Shown here piece by piece: positions 10,071-18,247 of a stretch of DNA of 64,000 nucleotides; within the stretch, counting starts at the first letter, position 1, and every line of letters begins with the position of its first letter. Source of the DNA: an uncultured Actinomycetota bacterium (lineage in GTDB: Bacteria > Actinomycetota > Acidimicrobiia > Spongiisociales > UBA5794); assembly GCA_963785245.1 (NCBI GenBank), contig CAWAUO010000001.1, positions 128,549-192,548 of the forward strand, in the 5' to 3' direction. The position numbers were made by a program, and so were the translations under genes. The notes beneath the pieces were generated by a model. That model saw only the letters and a list, made by a program, of their open reading frames with translations, was not told the DNA's origin and did not search any database.

Positions 10071-10514
10071 ATGGATGCGAGCGTCGTTATGACCGAGATC
10101 GAGGAGTCGCTCACCGCCCAGCTGCGGCTCGCCGGCGACGATCCTCAGATCTTGGAGGCCGGTGAGGCGATCCTGGCCGGTCTCGAGCCGGCGATCGATC
10201 GAGCCGTCATGCACCTCGCCGAGCAGGCAGCCGGTGAGATCGACGCCCAGTTGACCGGACAGCGCGTCGGGGTCGAATTGCGGGAGGGCGCTCCGGTACT
10301 CGTTGTCCAACGGGACGAGGATCCGGTGACGATCTCCACCGATGACTTGGAGGCCCGGATAACGCTGCGGCTGTCGGAGCAACTCAAGGGTGTGCTCGAG
10401 GAGGCAGCGGGCGAGACAGGAGAGTCCGTGAACACGTTTGTGGTGAAGACCCTTGCGGGCAAGGCCAAGGAACGCGGCAAAGGCCGCCGCTACACCGGGA
10501 CCATTGAGACATGA
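10071..10514 (+). CDS. Hypothetical protein with C-terminal ribbon-helix-helix-like segment (HicB-antitoxin-like)
   Basis: 147 aa; GAGGAGG RBS; C-terminal 'ITLRLSEQLKGVLEEAAGETGESVNTFVVKTL' RHH-like; ATGA-coupled to DUF4097 gene. Confidence 0.5.
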   Translation: MDASVVMTEIEESLTAQLRLAGDDPQILEAGEAILAGLEPAIDRAVMHLAEQAAGEIDAQLTGQRVGVELREGAPVLVVQRDEDPVTISTDDLEARITLRLSEQLKGVLEEAAGETGESVNTFVVKTLAGKAKERGKGRRYTGTIET

Positions 10515-11275
10515 CTTCCATCAGCCACGAATTCGAGGTGGGAGACCGCCCTGAAGTCTCGATCACGCTTCCAACGGCCGACGTGACGGCTGTTGAAGGC
10601 AGCAGCGGGACGATTCGCGTGGAAGCCGAAGGCCCAGAGAAGGCTCTCGCACAGCTCGAGATCTTCCAGACGGGTGACGTGGTCACGGTGCGCACGCGCA
10701 ATGACGGGCGGAAGTGGGGTCGTCGGAGCATGTCCGTGCACCTCTTCGTCCCTGCGGGTGTCGCCTTCGCCGCACGCACCGCCTCGGGCGACTACCGGAT
10801 TCTCGTCGCTGTCTCGGACGTCGACTTCAGTGCTGCGTCGGGTGATCTCCGCCTTGCATCGTTCAGTGGTCGGGCGCGCGTCAAGACCGCGAGCGGCGAT
10901 CTGACGATCGGCGAAGCGACCGGGGGGCTCCAGGTCGGGACCGCGTCCGGTGACGTTCGCGTTGACACGTTCGAAGGCGACGCGCAGATCAGCACCGCGT
11001 CCGGTGACGCGGTGTTCGGCACGGCCTCGGGATCGGTATCGATGAAGACCGCGAGCGGCGAGGTGACCATCCGGCGCTTCGCGGGTGTCAGCTTCGATGG
11101 TGCCGCGATGTCGGGCGATTTTGACATCGGGTTGGTCCCCGGCATGTCGATTGATGCCGATTTTCAGACGCTCTCAGGCAGCTTCCGCAACCTCACCCCA
11201 GCCGGCACCGGCGAGCAGTCGATCAACGCCTCGATGCGGATCAAGACGCTCTCGGGAGACATCGTCTTGCGGTGA
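10511..11275 (+). CDS. DUF4097-family beta-strand repeat protein (LiaG/YvlB-like putative adhesin)
   Basis: Seven 'TASGD/AASGD' pentapeptide-anchored repeats spaced about 20 aa apart. Confidence 0.7.
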   Translation: MTSISHEFEVGDRPEVSITLPTADVTAVEGSSGTIRVEAEGPEKALAQLEIFQTGDVVTVRTRNDGRKWGRRSMSVHLFVPAGVAFAARTASGDYRILVAVSDVDFSAASGDLRLASFSGRARVKTASGDLTIGEATGGLQVGTASGDVRVDTFEGDAQISTASGDAVFGTASGSVSMKTASGEVTIRRFAGVSFDGAAMSGDFDIGLVPGMSIDADFQTLSGSFRNLTPAGTGEQSINASMRIKTLSGDIVLR

Positions 11276-11324
11276 CGTACGCATCGCGAGACATGCCTCC
11301 GTCGTAGGTTCTAGGATCGACGTC

Positions 11325-12017
11325 ATGGCGTTCGACTTCGAATCTCGCTTCAACCGGGCCGCCGCCTGGCCACACGGTGAAGAAGAAGAGCACCCGTTGA
11401 TCATCGGCATCGCCGGCGGATCGGGCTCCGGGAAGACAACCATTGTCCAGAGCGTCGTCGACATCGTGGGCCACGACGTGGTCGTCCAGATCCCCCACGA
11501 CGCCTACTACCGCGACCAGGACCATCTCACCTACGACGAGCGCACGAAGATCAACTACGACCATCCCGACTCGCTCGAGAACGAATTGATGATCGAACAT
11601 CTCTCGGCGCTCCGGTCGGGTATCGCGGTCGACCGCCCCGTTTACGACTTCGGCACCCACACGCGCGCTCACGAGACGCAACGGGTGGAGCCGGAGCCGG
11701 TGATCATCGTCGACGGGATCCTCGTCCTTGCCGATCGGTCGCTTCGGAGCCTGATGGATCTACGGATCTACATCGACACCGACGCCGACCTTCGTCTCAT
11801 GCGGCGGCTCCAGCGAGACATCGTCGAGCGCGGGCGCACCGTCGACTCGGTGTTGGCGCAGTATGAGGAGACCGTCCGGCCGATGCACTTGCAGTTCGTC
11901 GAACCGTCGAAACGATATGCCGACATCATCGTTCCAGAGGGCTACAACCCGGGGGCGATCGGTACCGTGACGTCGATGATCCGGCACTTCATGACGGAGC
12001 GGAACGCCCCCGTCTGA
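11325..12017 (+). CDS. udk: Uridine kinase
   Basis: 'IIGIAGGSGSGKTT' P-loop and 'YDHPDSL...DG' motifs; ATG 'MAFDFE' at 11325 inside longer ORF. Confidence 0.85.
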   Translation: MAFDFESRFNRAAAWPHGEEEEHPLIIGIAGGSGSGKTTIVQSVVDIVGHDVVVQIPHDAYYRDQDHLTYDERTKINYDHPDSLENELMIEHLSALRSGIAVDRPVYDFGTHTRAHETQRVEPEPVIIVDGILVLADRSLRSLMDLRIYIDTDADLRLMRRLQRDIVERGRTVDSVLAQYEETVRPMHLQFVEPSKRYADIIVPEGYNPGAIGTVTSMIRHFMTERNAPV

Positions 12018-12753
12018 GTGCCTCGTCGACGAGCGGATTCGCTGCATCGGAGTACATCTCGTGACCTCGCGCCGAGGCGTGGAAGAGATCCGCCGCCCAC
12101 ACATCGCGGTCGTAGGTGAACCGATCGAACTCAGGGCCCCATGCCTGTGACTTGGGCACGTCGTAGGTGTGGGCGACCCTCCCGATCGCGTGATCGATTG
12201 CGCGGCCACGCACGCGAGCGACCCCGCGGGCAAGGGCCGGCAAGCGCGGAATGGTCCCGAGATCGCCAACGCCGCACACGGCGACGGCGGGGAAGGCGTT
12301 GACCATGGTTTTCACCACCTGGTCATAGGTGGCTTCGAAGCGGTTCACGGGCGTCATCCGGAGAGCGTCGTTGCCTCCGACGGACAGCACGGCAAGATCG
12401 CCGCCGAGCACGATCGCGCGATGGACCTGGTTGTCGCCCACGTCCTTGATTCTCGAACCGCCGACGGCGACCGAGATCAGTTCGACGTGATACCGGTCGC
12501 TCAAGTGGATCGCGGTTCTGCGAATCCAGCAGTCGTCGAGTGGATCCACCCCGGGCGCCGTGATGGTGCTGTCGCCGAGGGCGATCATCCGGAGCGGAGG
12601 AAGGGACGGGTCGCCAAACGACCCGGAGGGGTCCTGGTCGGTCAGGCTCTCGAGGTCGGGCCGTTGGATTGCCTGCACCATCTGAGCGGCAAACAAACCG
12701 CCGACCGCCATGGGACGTTTCGCTCGTTTCCAGAAACTCTTCGCCATCCGCAC
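11989..12753 (-). CDS. SGNH/GDSL hydrolase family protein
   Basis: 'IALGDSTI' block I and 'VGGNDA' block III of SGNH hydrolases. Confidence 0.7.
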   Translation of the reverse strand: MRMAKSFWKRAKRPMAVGGLFAAQMVQAIQRPDLESLTDQDPSGSFGDPSLPPLRMIALGDSTITAPGVDPLDDCWIRRTAIHLSDRYHVELISVAVGGSRIKDVGDNQVHRAIVLGGDLAVLSVGGNDALRMTPVNRFEATYDQVVKTMVNAFPAVAVCGVGDLGTIPRLPALARGVARVRGRAIDHAIGRVAHTYDVPKSQAWGPEFDRFTYDRDVWAADLFHASARGHEMYSDAANPLVDEALRRGRSAPS

Positions 12754-12769
12754 AGGTTACCGGTCTACC

Positions 12770-12845
12770 CCCGCCACGAACCCAGGGTTCTCCACCTCGT
12801 ATATGACGCCGTCAGCCCACAGAATGGGAACGGGGGTCAGACCTC
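12770..12845. repeat. Truncated copy (left arm plus core) of the palindromic element at 57901-58031
   Basis: 'cgccacGAACCCAGGGTTCTCCacctcgtaTATGACGCCgtCAGCCCACagAATGG' shares arm and core with the full copy; right arm absent. Confidence 0.6.
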
Positions 12846-13067
12846 GGCGGTCTTCAGCCACCGCGGGGCGTCTGAGTGGTAGCCGCGTCGCAGGAGCTCC
12901 CCCATCGCCGCTGAGTTTCTCCGCATCGCGGCATCGTCCCATCGGGCGGGATAGCCGTTGTTGGAACGCGGAGTGATTGCGGTGCGGAACGTTCGGTCGT
13001 ACTCGTCGATCAGTTCGTCATCCGTGAGGATGCGAACGGGCAGCTCCTGAACGCTGCGGGATCCCAT
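12837..13067 (-). CDS. Small hypothetical protein (about 76 aa)
   Basis: GGAGG 4 nt upstream of internal ATG at 13067; 'VRILTDDELIDEYDRTFRTAI' looks like a conserved small-protein fold. Confidence 0.4.
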   Translation of the reverse strand: MGSRSVQELPVRILTDDELIDEYDRTFRTAITPRSNNGYPARWDDAAMRRNSAAMGELLRRGYHSDAPRWLKTAEV

Positions 13068-13703
13068 AGCGCCTCCATCGCTCGGCATACCTCCCGCGTC
13101 GGCATCTCGACCGGCATTCTTGAGTCGGTGGGACTCAGAATGAGACGGTCGACCCACAGCGGACTGGTGATGCTGTGCTCATGGCCTTCGTCTGGGTCGC
13201 TTCACACATCGCGGTGAAGGCCGGGAGCCAACCGGAGCTCGACGCCCTCCATAGCTCCAGGTCAGCGACGACCGGCGCCGGACCGCACGCCGTTTCGTCG
13301 CCCCCCAGGTGGCGGTCAAGCGCCGGGGTTTTGGCACCTATCCCGGTGGCATGGCGCTTGTCACCTGGCCCGGCTGCGGGCACGACGTCTCGACCGAAGC
13401 CCCTGTCTGTCCCACTCAACTGCCAACGTGCGCAGGGTGAACCGGAGCGATCGCGATCGTCCTCGTACGTGGATTCATCATGCTCTTTGGCCTCGCCGGA
13501 TGGGAATGGACCGACGAGGGAGCGGATCGCGACGGCTGGATCGCTATCCCGGTGCCAGAGCGATTGACGGCGGTTCTGGTGCGGTGACGACGACGGGTTG
13601 AGGTGACGAACTGCACCCCGCGAGCCGACCTCCAATGGGGACGAGACCGGTCGGCCGGCCCCTCATGGCTCCGATGCTGGCGAGCCATATCCCGGCTCAC
13701 CGG

Positions 13704-14795
13704 TCAGACGTTGAATCGGAAGAAGATGACGTCGCCTTCTTTGACGACGTAGTCGCGACCCTCGAGGCGCCACTTGCCCGCGTCCTTGGCGCCCTGCTCG
13801 CCGTCGCACGCGATGAAGTCGTCGTACGCGATCACCTCGCCTCTGATGAAGCCTTTCTCGAAGTCCGTGTGGATCTCCCCGGCCGCCTGCGGTGCCGTGG
13901 CGCCCTGATGCACCGTCCAAGCGCGCGCCTCTTTGGGGCCGGCCGTGAAGAACGTCCTCAAACCGAGGAGGTGATACGCAGCGCGGATGACCTTGTTCAG
14001 GCCGGGTTCGTCGAGCCCGTACTCGGCAAGCATCTCGGCGCGATCATCGTCGTCGATCAATGCCAATTCCGCTTCGAGGTTCCCGGAGATGACGACGACG
14101 TCCGCACCTTCATGGGCTGCGTACTCCCGCACCGCGTCGACGTAGGCATTCTCAGTGAGACCCGCCTCATCGACATTCGCGATGTACATGGCTGGTTTCG
14201 CCGTTAGGAGAAACAGATCGCGGACGATGAGTTGCTCGGCGGGCGTGACCTCCATCGACCGGACCGGCCGGCCGTCGGAGAGGTGAGCCTGAAGGCGCTC
14301 GTAGACGGCGAGCATGGCCGCTGCCTCTTTCTCGCCGGCACGTGCCTTGCGCTCCGCCTTGTCGATGGCTCTCCCGACACCTTCGAGATCGGCGAGCGCG
14401 AGTTCCATATCGATCGTCTCGAGGTCGGAGGTTGGATCGATCTCGCCCGCCACGTGGACGACGTTGGGATCGTCGAAGCAGCGAACGACCTGGGCGATGG
14501 CGTCGGTCTCCCGGATGTGGTGGAGGAACTGGTTGCCGAGGCCCTCACCCTGAGAGGCACCCTCGACGAGTCCCGCAATATCGACGAACTCGACCACCGT
14601 CGGCACGATCGCCTCCGGCTTCACGATGTCGGCGATGGCGGCGAGGCGTTCGTCCGGCACGAGAGCGACGCCGAGGTTTGGCTCGATGGTGCAGAACGGG
14701 TAGTTCTCCGCCTGGATCTCACCCTTGGTGAGCGCGTTGAACAGCGTCGACTTTCCGACGTTGGGGAGCCCGACGATGCCACAGCGGATACCCAC
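13704..14795 (-). CDS. ychF: Redox-regulated ribosome-associated ATPase YchF
   Basis: 'GIVGLPNVGKSTLFNALT' G1 motif, TGS domain C-terminus; GTG start with GGAAGG RBS. Confidence 0.9.
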   Translation of the reverse strand: MGIRCGIVGLPNVGKSTLFNALTKGEIQAENYPFCTIEPNLGVALVPDERLAAIADIVKPEAIVPTVVEFVDIAGLVEGASQGEGLGNQFLHHIRETDAIAQVVRCFDDPNVVHVAGEIDPTSDLETIDMELALADLEGVGRAIDKAERKARAGEKEAAAMLAVYERLQAHLSDGRPVRSMEVTPAEQLIVRDLFLLTAKPAMYIANVDEAGLTENAYVDAVREYAAHEGADVVVISGNLEAELALIDDDDRAEMLAEYGLDEPGLNKVIRAAYHLLGLRTFFTAGPKEARAWTVHQGATAPQAAGEIHTDFEKGFIRGEVIAYDDFIACDGEQGAKDAGKWRLEGRDYVVKEGDVIFFRFNV

Positions 14796-14906
14796 GAGAA
14801 CCTTCCAGGGAGGAGGATCGGAAGAATAGGGCGAACCGGCTGTGACCACGCTGCCGCGGTCGGGGCCGCTGGGACGGATGGCGGGCGGTTGGCCTAACGT
14901 CTGCAC

Positions 14907-15881
14907 GTGAAGAACGACACGCTGACCACCCTGATCGAGTCCAGCGACCTCGATGGCCTCGTTCGGTACGTCGACGGTCTTGTGGTGGCCCGCGATTGGA
15001 GCGGGATCGAGGTGATGCGCGACCGCTGCCGCGAGGCGGTCGAGCGCGGCAAACAGGTCTGGGGTCCCGCCGAGTATGCCGAGTACCGGATTGCGCTCGA
15101 CGGACCGGCCGACCGAGCCGTGGAGGTCCTCGGTGACGGCAAGGGGAGGTATGGCCCGGGTCCGCTCTGGGAGGTCGTCGCGTCGAGCCATCCGTGGCGT
15201 GACCTCGAACCGCTGGTGACCGTGCCAACGCTGAGGGCCCTGATGGGGCACGAGCGGTCGATTCGCGGCGACACGGTCGACCCGGACACCATCGATCCCC
15301 ACATCCTGGAGACACCGACGACGCTCCAACCCTGGGAGCCTGACTATCCAACCGTCGTGTATCGGGCCGACGGCGCCGACTTTCCGGAAGGGGACCGGAG
15401 CCCACTCACGTGGGTCGATCTGCCAGACACCGCAGCATCGGTTGACGATGAGGGTGTCGGCGAAGCGCTGCTCGCGCTCGTCCGGCCCTGGTGGGACGAG
15501 TCGAGCGGTCACGCCGATGTTGTGCAGGTCGAAGGGACAGCGCTCAGCGCGATTCGGGCACTGGGGCCACACCGGGCGAGGGTGGCTGACGTACCGCTCG
15601 CCGAAGCCCTGTCCGCCATGGTGTGGACCGGGGCGAGCGGTGGAGCCTTCGGCAGCCGGCGCGGTACGCCCGTCGGCCGAACGCTGACCTGGCTCGTGCT
15701 CGCCGCGGCGCTCGGCTACGACGAGATTCCCCAGGATCCGTCCGTGCTCGACGAAGCCTCGGAACTCCGGTGGGTGCTCTGGAGCCCGGGCGACGCGGTC
15801 GGTGGCTGGGCGTTGCACCTGGTCGTGGAGGATCCCCAAGATGGCGTCGCCTGGGCCATCAGCGCGGTCGATATGGCATAG
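14907..15881 (+). CDS. Hypothetical protein (324 aa, acidic, no recognisable motif)
   Basis: Uninterrupted ORF with coding-like composition; GTG start. Confidence 0.45.
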   Translation: MKNDTLTTLIESSDLDGLVRYVDGLVVARDWSGIEVMRDRCREAVERGKQVWGPAEYAEYRIALDGPADRAVEVLGDGKGRYGPGPLWEVVASSHPWRDLEPLVTVPTLRALMGHERSIRGDTVDPDTIDPHILETPTTLQPWEPDYPTVVYRADGADFPEGDRSPLTWVDLPDTAASVDDEGVGEALLALVRPWWDESSGHADVVQVEGTALSAIRALGPHRARVADVPLAEALSAMVWTGASGGAFGSRRGTPVGRTLTWLVLAAALGYDEIPQDPSVLDEASELRWVLWSPGDAVGGWALHLVVEDPQDGVAWAISAVDMA

Positions 15882-15930
15882 GGCGACGCCCTACGGCGCA
15901 GACACCTGGATCACGGCGTAACGTTGAAGT

Positions 15931-17598
15931 ATGACGGCTGGGCGCACCGTGGAAGGCGAGTCAGGAAGATCGTCGATCGTCGCTGCCGTGCTGTCGGCCG
16001 TTATCCCCGGAGCCGGCCAGTGGTATGTCCGCCGGTTCGTTCGCGGAGCGATCTTCTTTGCACCGCTCGCCGTCGTTGGCATCACCGCAGTGGTGGCAGT
16101 TGCCAGCGGAGCGATCGGGTTCCGCTCTCTGCTCTCATGGGCTGTTCAGCCCGCGCTCCTGAAGATGTCGTTGGTTGTCAACGGCGCTCTGCTGGTCTGG
16201 CGAGTTGCCGCCGTCGTCGATGCGTACCGGGTGGCCGGCGGCAGACGCTCATCGCCCCGAGTCGCCGCACTCGCCCTCGGGGTCCTCGTCATCCTCGTCG
16301 CGGCCCCACAGATGGCCGCAGCGTCCTATACGGTCCGCGGCATCGCGCTCCTCGAGACGGTGTTCGTTGCCGAGGAGAAGCCGAAGCCGACGACGACCGT
16401 GCTCTCGGCCGAGTTGAAACCCGAACCGGTCGCCCAGGATGTTCGATCCGTCTGGACCGAACCGGCGGCGTTCGAGTTCGACCGTTCAGCACGGAACCTC
16501 GTGTTCCGTCCCGGGATCGGTGACCCGGAGGCGGTTGCCACGTGGGCGGAAATCGTCGCGCCGCCAACGCCTGAAGCGCCCTTCCTGCCGTTCGACGAGC
16601 GGGTCGGAGCGGAACGGCTCACCATCCTGCTGGTCGGAGGCGACGAGGGGCCGGGCCGCGACGGCCTCCGGACCGATTCCATGATCGTCGCCACCGTCGA
16701 CGTGAACACCGGCGAAGCGGCCCTCTTCGGTCTGCCCCGGAACTTCAAGCGCGTCCCGCTGCCGAAGGCGTTCCGGAGGTCCTTCGTCAATCTCCAGAAG
16801 GAAGTCCATGCGACCGAGGGCGTGGACAAGGACGGTGACGGGTTCTTCGACCACTGGACGGACCTGGACGGTGACGAGATCCCCGACCTGCCGCCGTTCG
16901 TCTCGTGCCGCTGTTTCCCGGTGATGCTCAACAGGGTCCACCAATACACGAATGATTGGACGGAGACGTACCCCGACACCCCGGATCCGGGACTCGCCGC
17001 CCTGCGCGATGTCGTCGCAAACCTAATCGACCTGCCCATCGACTACTACATGATGGTGAACATGGAGGGCTTCGTCGATGTGATCGACGCCATCGGCGGG
17101 GTCGAAGTGATGGTCACCGAGCCGTACCACGTCGCTGTCTCGGCGCCCTCCGAGGATTCGCCGAAGGCCAAGGTCAACGTCGAACCGGGGCTGAACCGAC
17201 TGACCGGCCTCGAAGCGCTTGCGTACTCGCGCTGGCGGATCGGTTCGTCCGACTACGACCGGATGCAGCGCCAACGGTGCCTCATCCGTGCGGCCGCCGA
17301 CCAGGCCGACCCGCTGACCGTTGCCCGATCGTTCCACGCGTTGGCCGATGTCATCGAGCGGTCGGTGGTGACCGACATCCCGCTGATCCTGCTGCCCGAC
17401 CTGGTTGACATCCTCGGCAGGGTCGACATGCACCGCATCGCCACGGTCGGACTCGTGCCTCCGCGATACAACAGCGGTCGTGCGCCGGGTGGATACCCGA
17501 TTCCCAACGTCAGCAGAATCCGATCCAAGGTTGCTGAAGTCCTCGAGGGCGGCGTCCAGGAGTTGAGCACCGAATCTGGAAGCGAGTGTGGGACGTAG
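15931..17598 (+). CDS. LCP (LytR-CpsA-Psr) family cell-envelope glycopolymer transferase
   Basis: N-terminal TM region, 'RTDSMIVATVD' and 'LPRN' LCP-domain motifs, with a 'DKDGDGFFDHWTDLDGDEIPD' acidic insertion. Confidence 0.8.
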   Translation: MTAGRTVEGESGRSSIVAAVLSAVIPGAGQWYVRRFVRGAIFFAPLAVVGITAVVAVASGAIGFRSLLSWAVQPALLKMSLVVNGALLVWRVAAVVDAYRVAGGRRSSPRVAALALGVLVILVAAPQMAAASYTVRGIALLETVFVAEEKPKPTTTVLSAELKPEPVAQDVRSVWTEPAAFEFDRSARNLVFRPGIGDPEAVATWAEIVAPPTPEAPFLPFDERVGAERLTILLVGGDEGPGRDGLRTDSMIVATVDVNTGEAALFGLPRNFKRVPLPKAFRRSFVNLQKEVHATEGVDKDGDGFFDHWTDLDGDEIPDLPPFVSCRCFPVMLNRVHQYTNDWTETYPDTPDPGLAALRDVVANLIDLPIDYYMMVNMEGFVDVIDAIGGVEVMVTEPYHVAVSAPSEDSPKAKVNVEPGLNRLTGLEALAYSRWRIGSSDYDRMQRQRCLIRAAADQADPLTVARSFHALADVIERSVVTDIPLILLPDLVDILGRVDMHRIATVGLVPPRYNSGRAPGGYPIPNVSRIRSKVAEVLEGGVQELSTESGSECGT

Positions 17599-17604
17599 TT
17601 TCGG

Positions 17605-17982
17605 TCAGCGCAGGTTGGCTTCGGCCGCCTGAGGATCATCCACCGTTACGGCGAAGTGAAGTCCCTCCGCGTTCGAGTGGAGGAGGTAGATCGAGTCGAT
17701 GTTCACGCCCGCGTCGGCAAGGCGTTGCGCAACCTCGGCGAGGGCTCCCGGCTCGTCAGGAAGGAACGTGTCGAGTACGAGCCGTTCCTCGAAGTGGAGT
17801 CCGGCGGTCTGTAGCACCCTCCTCGTCGCGTCGGCGTCGTCCGGCATGAGGCGAACGAGGCTCTCGTTGTCCGAGCCGATCGCGGCAAGCGATTGGATGT
17901 GGACGCCGGCGTCTGACAACTTGCGTGCGAGAGTGGCGAGCTGACCCGGCTGATTTGCGAGGGTGACCGAGAACTCTTTCAT
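17605..17982 (-). CDS. Tandem ACT-domain protein
   Basis: Two about 60-aa ACT repeats ('FSVTLANQPGQLATLARKLSDAGVHIQSL' and 'LVLDTFLPDEPGALAEVAQRLADAGVNIDSI'). Confidence 0.75.
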   Translation of the reverse strand: MKEFSVTLANQPGQLATLARKLSDAGVHIQSLAAIGSDNESLVRLMPDDADATRRVLQTAGLHFEERLVLDTFLPDEPGALAEVAQRLADAGVNIDSIYLLHSNAEGLHFAVTVDDPQAAEANLR

Positions 17983-18219
17983 GGACTCATCCTACGCCAT
18001 GAGACCTCAGCGTGGATCGCAATGACGATGTCGGGAGAGCGCGATGGTCGTACGACACGAACGATCACGGGGAAGAGAAGCGTCGCGACCATGGCAACGA
18101 CGATGGCCACGACGATGGCCGCACGCATGATGCGGCGGCGTCGGAGCTGCTCGATCTCCTCGGGGGTCAGGTCGTCGTCCACACGCCGATTCTGGTCGAC
18201 TTCGAGACTCCATGCGTAT

Positions 18220-18235
18220 CGAACATATGTTCGAT
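18220..18235. promoter_or_regulatory. LexA SOS box (actinobacterial Cheo-box consensus)
   Basis: Perfect palindrome TCGAACATATGTTCGA, 12 bp upstream of the dnaE2 start codon. Confidence 0.8.
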
Positions 18236-18247
18236 TAGTCTGGTCGG

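Noticed and set aside
11085-11324. Upstream extension of the udk ORF
   Set aside because: It overlaps the DUF4097 gene out of frame. The canonical Udk N-terminus starts at ATG 11325.
13135-13635. 166-aa minus-strand ORF downstream of ychF
   Set aside because: Arg/Ser/Pro-rich, no RBS, no recognisable fold. Treated as non-coding (see finding on the 13158-13703 tract).
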